64,000 nucleotides of DNA, taken from positions 898,477 through 962,476 of the forward strand of contig OZ287699.1 of assembly GCA_965649825.1 (NCBI GenBank), given 5' to 3'. The position numbers and the translations under genes are program-made. The stretch comes from Penicillus capitatus (lineage: Eukaryota > Plantae > Chlorophyta). Shown piece after piece: positions 46,921-60,300 of this stretch. The notes beneath the pieces were generated by a model. It was given only the letters and a program-made list of their open reading frames with translations, was not told the origin of the DNA and ran no database searches. Numbering within the stretch: the stretch's first letter is position 1; the number at the start of each line of letters is the position of its first letter.

Positions 46921-47968
46921 ACAAGCGTTTAATGCGTAAACTATGTGCGTTGCCCATTCGGCCGCCACGAGAGATGGACAAGTTGACGTTTCGCAAACAG
47001 ATCGAATCGATCGAGGCTGAAAAAAGACTCGGCTTCGTCGTCGAGAATCTCGTCGAGCGAACGCGGCAGTCGAATAAGTGCCCGGGATGCTGGCTGCAGC
47101 GGGTGAACTGCGCGTGTGCTTCGTGGCAGTCGGTGTCGTGTCGCACCAAGGTCGTCGTGCATATCCATCACTGTGAATGGTAAACAAGGCCATTCTCTGC
47201 TGCGACACGCATATTGCCTTCTCAGGGGCGTCTGCAGCAATACGGGGATTTGCATCCATCGGACACTGAATGGATCTCTTTTCCTGCTCAGAGGGCTGCC
47301 GGTACAGCAATAGCTAACCAACCCTCCACGACCTTCGAATTTTCTCTGGCTGCTCAGAGAGATGACGAGACGATGGCACAGATTTGGACGGATCCTGCAT
47401 ATATGCCTTGCATCTTGTGGCCAGGTTCGGCAAACCGTGGACAAGATGAAGTGCCATCTATGTTGTAACAAAGGAGAAGATGCCATGTCTGTTGCCGAGG
47501 TGAGGCGACATCTGCCTGCAGAGAAGCAGCTGCTGTTGATTGTTCCAGATGGAACATTCAGCAACGCACGGCGCATGATGAAGAAATATCCACAGACCTG
47601 CGCAAAAGGCATCGAAATCTCTACTGACATACATTCCACGCCTGATGGTTGCTGTTGGACAGTGGCATTGTCATCGGAGTCTGTCCTCGAAGGAAAAGCA
47701 AACTCCTTTCTCTATCCCGTACGGAAATACGGAGGCAGCGAAGCGGACACTGGGAGGTCTGTCTCTTTAAAAACTCACGCATGCGTTATCTGCACGACGT
47801 TTCCAATTTAGAGTGTCGACGCTCGAAGCTGTGGCCGCCTTCATGCGAGAGATCGATGAAGAAGCTGTCGTTGCCGAGACGCTGATCAGCAATATGAAAC
47901 TGCAAATGGATCGAGCGCTGAAGCAGAAATCGAGGGCCATGATTTATGGAACTTCCATGCCCAACTAA
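46917..47968 (+). CDS. DTW-domain protein (tRNA-uridine aminocarboxypropyltransferase, DTWD2/TapT-like)
   Basis: CPGCWLQRVNCAC, VVVHIHHCEW|GVCSNTG, LIVPDGTFSNARRM and VSTLEAVA. Confidence 0.8.
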
Positions 47969-48075
47969 CAATAACAATACCATCATCGTTACGGACACAA
48001 TTCAATGTGTGGCATATGTTTTCAACATTCCGTTTCCAGCTCCTCTACGATCGACTGCCTTCTTGCCTCCACTTT

Positions 48076-50872
48076 CTACTTGGCTTCCCAGACGGCGTAA
48101 TTGTGCCCAGAAGATGCCATTTCGAAGTGCTTTCCAGGCAAGGCCGTTTGAATGGTGTGATCATGGTTTGGAGACCAATCTCCTGGTCCCATCTTCATCG
48201 CCACGCGATCATCGATCACGGCACCGTAGACGTTGTCGTGCGCAATCGGGATACGAATCTTCGATCGGCAGTTCAGCCCATTTCGTTTGCGTATCTGAAT
48301 GAGCTCTTCGATTTTTCCACGCAGGTGGCTGTCCCAAAAATGATCGTAGAAGACAACAGGCGTGCCAGGATGTGTGAGAATGTAAGCATATCCCTCTTGG
48401 AGATTGTGTGTTGGGAAAGGCCAATGCTGCAGTGTGGATCCCGTATCGTGATTGTCGATGAACAGGAAAGCACGAGATGGCCAGAGACCCACCATTCCTG
48501 GCGGTCGTCCCTCGGGATCGCGCAGACGCCTTCATCCAAACAAGCCAAAAATTAGCCAAGTCGATCCACCGACAAACCGCATCGCCTCACCAGTATTCTC
48601 GGCGTCCGACAGCTTCTTGCAGGATGCCTTTCGTTGTGAAATCGAAAGCTGCCGATGTACCACCTGTCGTATCGATCCAGTTGATGGTGCGTTGGCGATG
48701 ATTTTGCTAAACAGTCATGTCTCAATCGAGAGAGGACATGGAATGCGGCTGTACTTGGTTGTAGTTTAGAACACTGTTTGTATACTCGCACGTATCCCAG
48801 AACTCTCCGACGGATAGCTCAGGAACGGTGGAGTCGATGTATTCCTTGAGCACATCTCCCGGGTATCCTTTGACGAAATCAAATCTCCACCCGTCAAAAC
48901 CGATGCTGCTGCGGAGGAACTTCATCCAATTGATCAAATCGTTTCGGATGTTGGCATTGGAATGATCGATATTGGGGGCTGCTGCGTAGAAGTCTCCTCT
49001 CTTCGTTGCGCCCCTTCCTCCAAAATCATCACCACTGCAAATGGCGGTTGCATCCCATGGAAGACGTCCGCCAAACTGCACGACACATTTCAGCAAGGCA
49101 GACGTGATATTACGCAGAGGACCTTGTTCCACTTGCCGTCCTCCCCTTGATACTGAGCACATCTGTGATTAATGACAATGTCTGCCATGACTTTGATATC
49201 GTGCTGGTGCAGTTCTTGGATGCATTCACGCAAATCACTCTCCGAGCCATACTTGGAGTTCAGGTTGTACAGATCGCGAGGCAAGTATCCCTACAACGCT
49301 CATGTTATCTTGGCTCCGCACCACGGTCACCATCCCGAGTCACGAGGCTCACCTGATCTGAGACGGCATCGCTGGGAGGTGCTAACCAAATGGATGTGAA
49401 TCCTGCTTTGGCAAAATCGTGTGCTTGAGAAGCAATCACGTTGTACCAGTTCTGCATACACACCATGAATTAGACAGAAAGATAACGAGGCAGAGGATGG
49501 GTATGACTCCGGTCTTGCAGGAATCCCAATTGAATCCCTGAAGCAAAATCTCGAAGCCGTTGCCAGATGCTGGTCCAGTACTGATGGCGCCACCCGCTTC
49601 GAATTTCAAATCGGCTCCTTCGCTGCGTTCATCCTCAATCGGCGCCTCGATATCCTAGTCATGATATCTATCGGTAAGACAGAAGGGGATGTGCCGAAAT
49701 GCAGACCTGCGGTGTTCGTCTCATGGCAAGCATGGCTTCCAATTGAAGCAGGGGGCGATCTAAGAGAGCGGCTGCCTTCGTTCGATTGGCCTCCAAGTCT
49801 GCCAGTGCACTGTCTTCTGCACCTTTTTTCACGCCCTCCACAATCTGTTGCTCCACTTCTGCTAGATGCTTTGCAGCATTGAAAATCTCATCGGCTGTTT
49901 TTCTTAAGTACTTCACGTTGTCCTGCAGAGCACGATTGTCAATTCATCTGTCAGCCTGGGGAAGGGGTCTACCGTTAACGATATAAGAAACTGACAGGTC
50001 ATCGTCCGGCACTAATCACACGGAAGATAGCCCCTTCCCCAGACAACACAGACTACGGCTTACAAAATTAAACGCCTGAGTAATGGGTTGAATCGGTTTG
50101 GATTTGTTCACATCTTCAACACCATACACAAGCGGACTGGAACTGAAGATCCGGATCGCTTCCAGATGACGGTGGATCTTATTCAGCCGATCATCGTATG
50201 TATCCTCCTTGATCTATGCACGTCACATCACACGTCTATCCATGTGTCATTCGAGATAAGAAGGCATCACACTTTTCCTCCGTCCTGATCTGTGATACGG
50301 AACACGGCTTCCGATGCATCGACCGATGCCGAGAGAATGATGAGATCCTGATCTCGCAAGGCGCCGGAGAGCGGCTCCAACAGTGACGAACATTCTTTGC
50401 CTTTAACGACGACAACAGTGGCCGACTCGTCTGCCTCTCCGTCGAATCGAATCTCCAAATTCCCCTCAATGTCTGACAAGACATTCACCACCAGATTCTA
50501 TCGACATCGCTCAAACACGGCGACAGCGTCGAAGGTCGATTACGTTGCCTTCTTCGACAGCCGTTGCATGGATCTTTGTCGAGATGATGGGCCTCGACGG
50601 CAATGTCTCGTTTCGACGGCGAGGACAACGTGTACTGCGCCAGACGATCTGTCGTGTCAGTAATGGCCGTCCTAGAGACCTGACACCACACTTGGCTTTA
50701 AGTACGTTCGGCAGTGCGACGTCGGCGTGCGAAACGCGATCCGTCGAGCGGAGGCATTTCGTCGCGTCGTTTTGCGTCGTGCCTCGGTTTCGTCACACCT
50801 TTTATAGGTTCGTCCCCGAGACGACGCTCTGGCGAAATAACGCGGTTTCGCCAAAGCACGTTGCATGTTCAT
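48076..50872 (-). CDS. Plastid alpha-amylase (GH13, AMY3-like catalytic domain) with N-terminal extension
   Basis: [28 protein letters not shown]|[47 protein letters not shown] and YILTHPGTP. Confidence 0.92.
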
Positions 50873-50992
50873 CTTCAAAACGATGCACAGCCATTCTCGC
50901 TCATCTAGGCATCATCTCCACCAGGCGCTGTCTGTCACCTCTTCTGTTCCTTGTACCCTCCAATTGTGCGCACCGGAGATTCCAAGACCGTC

Positions 50993-51589
50993 ATGACGGA
51001 GCCTGAGACTGTCCAGACCGAAAATGGTGGCGCCGAAGCGTCAGAGCATCCCGCCCGTATCCAAGTATCTTTGGGCAAGAAACCGCTCTATTTCTATGTC
51101 AACCTCGCCAAGAAGCTTTTGGCCGAACACGGCGAAGTGCAGCTCAGTGCGCTGGGCTTCGCCATGTCGAATATGGTATCAGTCGCGGAGATTCTTAAGA
51201 AGGAAGGCATGGTCGAAGAGAAGAAACTCTCAACATGTATCGACACGTTGACGGACCGCGGTCGACCCAGACCCGTACGCAAACCAAAGATGGAAGTGAT
51301 TTTGATCAAGAGCGCGGACTTTGATCAGAAATTCGCCGAACAGCAGAAAAATCGCGAAGCAAGAGCTGCCGAAAAAGCTGCCGCCGAAGCTGCCGAAGCT
51401 GCCCAGGCGGCTGACACTACCCCTACCCCTACCCCTACTCCTGCACCTGCACCTGCCCCAGCCCCAGCCCCTGCACCCGCACCTACTTCAGCACCCGCAC
51501 CTACTCCTGCGCCCGCGCCCACATCTACTCCCGCTGCTGCACCTGCTCCCGCGCCTGCACCCGCTACCGAAGCCAAAGCCAAAGCCTAA
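50993..51589 (+). CDS. Alba-family DNA/RNA-binding protein with Pro/Ala/Thr tail
   Basis: RIQVSLGKKPLYFYVNLAKKLL, VQLSALGFA, VSVAEILK and KPKMEVIL; intronless. Confidence 0.9.
   Translation: MTEPETVQTENGGAEASEHPARIQVSLGKKPLYFYVNLAKKLLAEHGEVQLSALGFAMSNMVSVAEILKKEGMVEEKKLSTCIDTLTDRGRPRPVRKPKMEVILIKSADFDQKFAEQQKNREARAAEKAAAEAAEAAQAADTTPTPTPTPAPAPAPAPAPAPAPTSAPAPTPAPAPTSTPAAAPAPAPAPATEAKAKA
51415..51570 (+). repeat. Degenerate hexamer repeat encoding (PT)n/(PA)n
   Basis: CCTACC / CCTGCA / CCAGCC / CCCGCA runs. Confidence 0.9.
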
Positions 51590-51616
51590 ACATGGTTTCT
51601 CCAGTCTTACATCGGC

Positions 51617-52033
51617 CTAGAAGTATTTCTTGGCGGCCATTCGGATTTTCTTGTCAAATTCTCTCGAAGAGATTTTGGTTTTGAAAGTGTGGAATGGATT
51701 AAGCATCACTTTCAGATGTGCCTCGTACACTTCCAGAAAGAAGTTCTTCACAGCATCTTCATGACGTCCCTCATGCAGCAGTAGAAATCGCACATCGCTC
51801 GGCGTCACGAATGCGCTCACGGAAAGCGCATTGAATCGATCGACGGTCTTCAGATAGAGCTCCTTCGTCTGTGGGGCCAAAATGTCGACGGAATCCAGTG
51901 CCGCATGGAGAACGAAGTGATGACGGTAGGCGTCCTTGGAGGCGATATCTGAGGAACGACCACCAGCCAAGTCTGCATGGTACAGTGGCGTGTCTTCATT
52001 GCCCACGATAACAAAGCTCAAGGTCTGGGACAT
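51617..52033 (-). CDS. TRAPPC2: TRAPP complex subunit 2 (sedlin/Trs20)
   Basis: FVIVGNEDTPLY, HFVLHAALD, YLKTVDRFN, FLLLHE, YEAHLKVMLNPFH and ISSREFDKKI. Confidence 0.92.
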   Translation of the reverse strand: MSQTLSFVIVGNEDTPLYHADLAGGRSSDIASKDAYRHHFVLHAALDSVDILAPQTKELYLKTVDRFNALSVSAFVTPSDVRFLLLHEGRHEDAVKNFFLEVYEAHLKVMLNPFHTFKTKISSREFDKKIRMAAKKYF

Positions 52034-52065
52034 CGTGCCACAAAGCCGTCGGCAAAACGCGTCAG

Positions 52066-53795
52066 ATGCACGATTCTTTTATTGCGACGATGATTTTCGA
52101 CGTTGCATCGACGTCGTCGACTGTCTGTCTCCTTTCGTTCTGCGCGGTCGTCTGGTTCGTGTGGAAATTGTGGCAGATATGGAAGGACTGGAGGGAGCGT
52201 ATGCGTGTGTGGCGTCGCATTCCCAACTGTCCAGATGAGAATTGGCTCCTTGGTCATGTGCTGCCGTTGGCGACATCCTCGACGCCGTGGTACGTTCCGG
52301 CGACCTGGCTCGCCGAGAAGAATGGAGGAATTGCACGTCTACGTATCTTGCACACGCTGGCCGTGATTGTGGATGATCCCATAGCAATACGTCGCATATT
52401 TCAGACGCATTTCAAGATCTATCGAAAGGATACGGGATTCGCTTATGGGACGTTTCTGCCAATTCTGGGAACGGGTCTCGTCACGAGTGATGGGGCACTT
52501 TGGCAAGAGCAGCGTCTATTGATGGCGCCAGCTTTGCGAATGGACATGTTGGATGTTGTGATACCAATTGCCCGTCGGGCATTGACGCGACTCACACCGA
52601 AACTCGATGCGGTCCGCGGATCTGAAAAATCCATCGATCTGGCCAACGAGCTGCGCCACCTGACACTGCAAGTCATTGGAGAGGCCATCATGAGTTTAGA
52701 CGCCGATGAATGCGACCAAGTGTGTCGCCTGTTGTTTGTGAGAGGGCTGAGAGCGCATGCATTGCATTCAGGTGCTGGCCAAGACGTATTTGCCAATTAT
52801 GGAGGAATGCAACAGAAGAGTGATTCATCGTTGGAGAATGTACGTTCCAACCACGGCGTGGTTCCAACAAGAGCGTCGATTGGCGAAACTCAATGGATTC
52901 CTCAAATCAACATTGCGGGAGAGATGGCGTCGGCATGATCCAACGGAGAAGCCAAACGACCTCCTCGACAAAATCATGGCACCTCTTAAAGTAAGTCCAT
53001 CTGGAGCGAGGCGCAGAGATATTCTGTGGCATGTGCAGAAACAGAGCGACGTCTTGAAAGCAGACACCCTGGAACAAATGTGCTACGAGCTGAAGACGTT
53101 TCTCCTGGCTGGGCACGAGACAAGCGCCGCCATGTTGGCATGGGCCATCTATGAACTGCTTAGACATCCCGAGTGTCTAGCCAAGGTACTGAGTGATGCA
53201 TGGCACTCACCTTTCTTAAGCCGATCGGAATTTGATGACAGGTACGAGCTGAGGCGGATCTTTTGTTCAGAGACAGAACGGAGATCCCTCAAAGAAAAGA
53301 TGTGGAGGCGTTGCAGTATTCACTGGCTGTCTTGAAAGAGACTTTGCGAAAATACTCCATCGTTCCAGTCGTTTGTCGTGAACTGACGGCCGAAAGGGAT
53401 GAGCTTTGTGGTTACACTATTCCCAGAGGCACGGCCGTGATTATTTCACTGAAGGTAGATAGCTGCAAGTGATATCGGATGCCTCTCGATGAACCTATGT
53501 CATCCAGGGAGTGCATGATCAGTACAAGGATCCTTCAGAGTTTCGCCCAGAGCGGTTCATGCCTGGAGGGGAGTACGAGCAATTTGACGACGATATTCGC
53601 ACTTTTATGTTCTTGCCTTTTATTCAAGGGCCACGGAATTGCTTGGGACAGTACTTTGCTCTTCTGGAATCACGATATGTTATGTGCTATCTGATCAAGT
53701 ACTATGACTTCATCTTGGACAAGGCCAAGCCAGTTGTGAAAGGAGACGTGATTCCTGAGGCTCCTGGGGATGGTCTCAATCTCTTTGTTCTTTGA
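52066..53795 (+). CDS. Cytochrome P450 with N-terminal membrane anchor (ER type)
   Basis: TM anchor, LGTGLVTSDG, ELKTFLLAGHETSA, KETLR, FRPERF and heme motif FIQGPRNCLG. Confidence 0.92.
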
Positions 53796-54245
53796 AAATT
53801 GCAACTCTCTAAGACCCATATATCCATCGACGTCTCCACAGGCTTTGCGAACGCATGCTCTTCGATGTCTGAACTCTGTGAGAGCAGCGGTGATGAAAAA
53901 GCAGAACGGCTCATCGACATCGAATTCGATCGGATGCATGACTCGTATCACACACAGACCATGATGCATACATTTTACCTAGATGTGACGGCGGCGATTT
54001 CTCACTCTGCTTGATGTTGACTGCCGTGGGTACGGCATTGTTTATCGGTAAGAGGAATATGTATAAACGATATGTCACGTTGCGTCAGTCCGACAGAACC
54101 TGTTCGTATAAAATGAAGCTTATCCCTCCCTCAATGCAGCTGTAACCCTTTGCGTTGGACAGAAGACAGAACGAACGCACAACATTGGGAGACAGAAATG
54201 ATCGTTTAACAACCTCTCTCAGTTCCAAAAGGTAAGAAGACTGGA

Positions 54246-55539
54246 TCACTTCTTCAACTCTTTCATGATATCCCTCCCCTGTCACACAAAACTACTGTTT
54301 CAGAAATCCTCAATGAAATCGCCGCCACACCAGGTTCAGTAACAGACTGTCTGCATTGAGATAGACTCGGTTAGCCGATTGGGATACCGTAGAGGCAATT
54401 GTTCGCGCTGCCTACAGAACCATGCACCCAATTGCTCACTCTTCTCTCTTGATGTGACACACACTTCAATCCTTCGCAATGTCAGGAATGCTGGATTCTC
54501 TTTAATGGCTTCGCCAATCATCTTAGCACTTTGTGCCTAGACCCATCACAAAGAAACGTGCGTGCGTTCCAGCATTACAGAAATGGGAGGACACCTCTCC
54601 GCGTGCCCGGATGATAGCGCTCTCCTTTTCTCTGACTGCTTTCTCGACCTAAATGGCAAGAGATAGTCAATCGGAACATGTTTGCCACATTCCAGAATAG
54701 AATCACCCAGTATTTCGCTCTCTCTGCTTCCTGTTGGGCCACTTGCTTTGCTTCGACAGCTGCTGTATACTCACGACTGAACGTCAGCTGCGTAATCGAC
54801 ACATCCTCCAAGAGGATATTAAACCCCATAGCCCTTTCTGTCAACTGCCGGCGAATATCTCGACTCACATGCTACACAGCATTCAAACAGCTCATGCATG
54901 TCAGTCATCGTCATCGGCAGACCAACACCTCTCTCATGGTCAATAACTGACTGGCATTGTACTGGGCCAGAACGCTCTTCAGTGTTTCCTGATCGAGACA
55001 CATCAACATCGATTCCATACACGTGTGAGACAGGACCTGGATAATGGACGGCAGCACTCTCTCTGCATAGTCCTTTCCCAAAGTGCGGTACACTGCCTGG
55101 AGTTTCAATGGATTCGGCCTCGTCAACACCCGCAAGCTGATATTCACCTAGACATCACGGCATCTCAAAGACGCTCAAATGACAAGGGCTCTATCTGGGC
55201 GTACATTCTGCAGATCCTTGCTTCCAGAGGTACTCGAAATGACGTTAGGCTTGGCACGGACGTCATAATCGATCGGCCACTCAAACCACGGGATCATGAA
55301 GTGAGTGCCTTCTGAGTAAACCTATATCCGCTGTCGAGTTGGCAGTGTTCGGAGATCTATTCGGATACCGTTTCTTTGATCCCGGCGATCCGGTTGAAGA
55401 CGATCGCTCGGTGGCCTCCTTCCACTGTGAACAGGCAGTTCATAAGACTGTAGGCACTCACGGCCGCGATCGCCCCGAAGCGCAACACGCGTCCGGCACT
55501 GGTTGGGATACGAGGCATTCCGCCACCCATGGAAGCCAT
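54246..55539 (-). CDS. PHB2: Prohibitin-2 type SPFH protein
   Basis: [31 protein letters not shown]|[30 protein letters not shown] and [15 protein letters not shown]. Confidence 0.92.
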
Positions 55540-55614
55540 CGCGATCGCACGACTTGACAATCAGAGCCGACGGATGATCGACAAACGGGTCATTATTTTT
55601 AAAGCGGCGTCGAA

Positions 55615-55965
55615 ATGATGCATGGAGCCCAGGCGAAGATACTCTTGCCGACTCTTTCCTCCTGTGGAACGGTCGCCGTGCGAAACAGATCGTCACTGGG
55701 CAACATTTCCCTGCATCCCGTGCGACGCTCGCTTCGAAGCGTCGTGCGTTTCGCAGGCGAACGGGAGAAGAACCAGACTCCTGCGAAGAGAAGATTCATT
55801 ACGCGAGAGGAGGAGCCCGATCAGTATTGGATGAGTGAAGGCGAGAGAGAAGGGAGAAATCCCATGGCAGATCCTCTTGCCATTATCGGCCTCGTGGCCA
55901 TTCTGACGCCCTTCATCATCCTTGGCATCGCCGTGGCGATTGGATACCTCGATCTGACGCCATAG
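55615..55965 (+). CDS. Small plastid-type single-pass membrane protein
   Basis: Transit-like N-terminus, FITREEEPDQYW..GEREGRNPM motif (recognised from green-lineage uncharacterised proteins), TM ALIIG...ILGIAVAIGY region. Confidence 0.7.
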   Translation: MMHGAQAKILLPTLSSCGTVAVRNRSSLGNISLHPVRRSLRSVVRFAGEREKNQTPAKRRFITREEEPDQYWMSEGEREGRNPMADPLAIIGLVAILTPFIILGIAVAIGYLDLTP

Positions 55966-55979
55966 AAATTTTGTATGCC

Positions 55980-57279
55980 TTACACTTTCTGTTGATGGTC
56001 ATTTGTTTTGGACAGCGCTTCAACGGGGATGGGGTCTATGTCACGTGCCGATTTTGCAGATGTGGGTGGATGAAACAGACGGTTACGGGCAATGGCATGG
56101 AGTCTCTTAAACAGTTGCTTCTTTACCGACTCAAACGCCCTTTCCAATCGATCGATCTCCTCCGTCGCATTCTGACAACCAGACAATCAGAGAACTGGTC
56201 AACCACACGAGTCCACAACGCCTACTTGGTTATACATGAAGAGACCGTAGTAGAGATCAAAGGAGTCGTTGCGGGTATTGTCGATGAGCGAGAGAAGCGA
56301 TTCGAAACCTTTGGTATCCAGATCCGTCTTTTCCAGATCCATGGCTCCAAGAACGCGACCAACCGTGTGTGTGATGAATTGGCTTCCAGCGGTTTGCCGG
56401 TCGTGCTCTTCACACATCATCTCCAACATACGGCAGCCTTTGTCTTCGAAGAAATCCAAGAACGTCTCGACGCGGCGCGTTCTTTCATTTGCCGTTCCGA
56501 TTCGCACACGCTCAAACATAAAGGGCAGCTCTGCCCAGGAACCCTTTCCACTGTCCGGACCGAACATGGGATGGGTGCAGAGAATGTCCAGTTCCGTCGG
56601 TAGCTTGTCCAGCAGCAGGTTTTTGGGAAACTCCTGCACAGGCACAAGCTACTGCTGCCACGAGAACACGACACGTCACTCATCAAGACCTTAACAGAGA
56701 GGACGTCGACAATAAGTGTGCTGCGTCTGAGACGGTGAAAGGGAAAGGATAGAATAACAGCTTCCAATGATATGATAGACGTACAGAAGACGACGATTTC
56801 TGGATGATCTTCTGCAAAATCGTTGGCATCGAGGAAGAAACGCACTCCCATCTCCCGACACTGTTCGGAGTAATCGGTCTTGGACGTCGCCGTTACCTAA
56901 TCCCTCCCTTGCCTCCGATTGTGCGTGAAGAGACACTGTACTTCGAATCCTGCCTGAATAAGGTGTTTGCCCAGGAATCTCCCAAACGTTCCGAAACCGA
57001 CGATCCCGATCTTGGTATTCGCTTTCTCTTCTTTCTTCTGACACCAACGGTGTTCGTTATCAAACGGCAGCGCTGCATCCAGTTGAGTGACGCGAAGAAC
57101 ATGACCTATTTATCACTCCTCTATCATTGTCTGACGCTTTGGACGATTCGAAACGCACGGCGTCTCGCATTCCTGATAGAGCACGTTGCGAGTTTCCTTC
57201 TCCGAGCCGCGATTCGTCGTGGCGATCTGAACGACAGTCGTTGTAGCGCGACGGGACGTGAGACAATTGTCCTTTGCAT
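55980..57279 (-). CDS. TyrA: Plastid arogenate dehydrogenase (TyrAa)
   Basis: KIGIVGFGTFGRFL, LIVDVLSVK|EFPKNL, ILCTHPMFGP, GCRMLEMMCEEHD, SQFITHTVGR and DSFDLYYGLFMYN. Confidence 0.92.
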
Positions 57280-57333
57280 GATTTCGCTGACGCGTATACA
57301 ACGAGCGCCTTTGATCACATTAATACCGAAGTG

Positions 57334-60300
57334 ATGACTGACGGCGACGGTTCTTCACCGATGAGCTTGGAGCAATCGGCGCTGCGTTCTCTAAGCGATC
57401 TCGCACCGTGTTTTCGATCTCTCTATCCCTCGTTTAGGTCTCGTCTTTTCGTAGCACTTCGGCGGAGCATGGACGTGTTGGTGGTCGTTGCAGGTACTTC
57501 AATGTGGTTCAGTCGGATAGTTTCGACGTGGCATATCATTCCGATGCCAATATGGTAGGGCTTCTTCGGCATTGCAGATTCCTGACGGAAGGTTATGACG
57601 ATGGAGGTGGTGGCGGCGCCAACGGGAACGGGCAAGACGGTTGTGATGGAGCTGTCGATGTTGCGTCTCTTCTCTCGAAACATCGACGGCAACGGCATCT
57701 ATCAGCCAAAGCCTGGACAGATGAAAGTCATCTATATAGCACCGACGAGAAGTCTCGTGCAGGAAAGAGTGAGATTGCACTAATGTACGCACGGTATGTT
57801 TGATCACGTGTTCTCAGGTACGCGACTGGAGTGAGCGTTTTGGAGCGGTGTTGAATGCCAAAGTCAGTGAACTGACGGGAGACGTCGAGGAGATTCGATC
57901 GAAAGAGATCGACAAATCCGACATCATCTGTGCAACTCCTGAGAAATTCGGTGGAAGGATTTTGCCTCTTGGCGCACTCTGCGATATCATTTCGTGTTAT
58001 TCAGATGCCGTGAGTCGAAAGCACCAAGATTACGGAGGCACCCGATTCTTTGGAGATGTAATTTTTGTCCAACTCCTGCCGTTTTGCTGACGTTTCGTGG
58101 AATGCAGATCAGTTTGATGCTGATCGACGAAGTACACCTGCTGAACGAAATCCGAGGCAGCGTTCTGGAGGCAGGTGTCGTTTCTCGGGTACAGGTGGTG
58201 TCCAAACTCGAGTCTATGAAACATGTATGTACCCCAGCTCTGACGTGATTCCACTGTGAAACGGGATGATGTGACAGCTGTGTATTGCATCTGCTCGATT
58301 CGTGGCGGTGTCCGCAACCATTCCCAATGCACCAGATCTTGCCACCTGGTTGAATGTGCCGCCAGAAGGACTGCTGGTCTATGGAGAAGAAGTTCGCCCC
58401 GTCAAGATCCACACCATCGTGAAAGGTTATCGCGAGACAAAGAACGATTACCTCTTTGAAAGGAGCCTCAACGATTTCCTATACCCTGTCATCGCAGAGC
58501 ACTCGAAAGCACGACCCTCCCTTGTCTTCTGCAGGTGATCTCTCAGACGAAGGAAGAATACCGTCCATGGCTGTGAGGTTTGGTTTAGTACGAGAAAAGG
58601 GACGTCGGATACCGCCCAGCATCTGATCAAGCAAAGTGCTCAGCATTTTCCGAACACGATAGGCAGTCCGTTCGTACGCGATACATTTCACATGCAGCGA
58701 TTGGCGGATGCATCGAAGAAGGCATCGAGCAAGCCGCTGCAGCAATGTCTGGTGCGTGGTATTGCATTTCATCATGCTGGGATGGATGCGTCGGATCGCT
58801 CTTTGGTGGAGAATGCCTTCCTGAATCAAGACATTCTGGTCACGCATTCGTCTGAGAAATGCAAACGGACGATGACGTCTTAGGTTCTCTGTACAACGGG
58901 GACTCTGGCGATGGGTGTGAATCTCCCTGCACATTTGGTTGTGATCAAAGGCACCCGTTACTATTGTGGCAGTCAAGAGAGTGGCATCGAACAAAATGGC
59001 AATCCTCCTTCTTCTCTGCTCTCAGGCGACGTTTTATGTGTCTAGGTTACAAGGAATACGAAAGAGGTATGTGTTTGCAGATGATTGGACGCGCTGGACG
59101 ACCGCAGTTTGACACAGAAGGCGTCGCCGTGATCATGACGCAAAGACAGGCAAGACATCCGCAACGAGCGAAGGCGCCCATCACTCAGTGTGCTATGCAG
59201 AACATTCAGCGATATGAGAATTTGGCGATGGGCTGCGAGGAACTGGAAAGTCAATTGAAGACGTGCTTTGCTGAGTATCTGAACGCAGAGATTGTGTTGG
59301 GTACGATCAAGAACATGCCCCTGGCAGTGGAGTGGCTCAAGAGCACCTTCATGTACATTCGAGTACGCTATCTGCCTTTGTATCCTTTCTCGCACTTTGC
59401 TTCTCAAGGCTATGCAAAACCCTCTGCTGTACGGTATACCGATCGGCATTTCATCACAGCAAGAGTTCGACAAGATCATGACGGAGAGGTTTCTGCTGGA
59501 CAATCTACAGACTCTGCAACAGCACGAAATGGTCTATGCACTTAAGGCAGTGGATTCAGAAATAACTGATCGCATTTAGGTGGAGAAGGAGACTGGCAAA
59601 GGAGGTGGATTCGCCTCTTTGGAATGTGGACGGCTGATGGCGTACTACTATGTTCGTCTAAACACCATGATCCGCATTGGCGAAGCTCCTTCACATGCAT
59701 CCATCCCTGACCTGATCCACATTATTTCGAGGGCCGAAGAGCTTGACACCGTTCGACTTAGGAGGTCTGTACGGTCGTCAAGAAGCACAGAATGAAATGC
59801 CTTTGGATTCAGAGGGGAAAAGAAAACGCTAAATGACATCAACTGTCGGCGATCGAATGCTTTTGTTAAGTTTCAGCTCTTAGACGGTGGCACGTCAGGA
59901 AAACCAAGGCAGCGGATTTCTACGGGACAGGAAAAGATTTTCATTCTGGTAAAATGCAGTTCAACTGACGAGATGGAGTCTCTTTGCTATGCAGTTGAAT
60001 GACGCCTTGAGTGAGACGCCGTTGGAGTCTATCGATGTCAGTCTACGCCAAGAGACGACACAGATTCTGAAAGTGGCTGAGACCATCAGTCGTTGCATGA
60101 CACGGTTATCAGTCAGATGGTTTGACCTGTGTTTCCAGTATGGTGCTAGGTATTACGCAAGCACGGGCTGCTTTGCTGCTGCAGCAAACGCCAAGATACT
60201 GCTCAAAAGCATCAAGGCCCGTCTCTGGGAAGACAGCTCGGTGCAATGCAAACAGCTGTCCAATATTGGAAAGCTTCTCGGAGATCGTCTTGCCAAAGGC

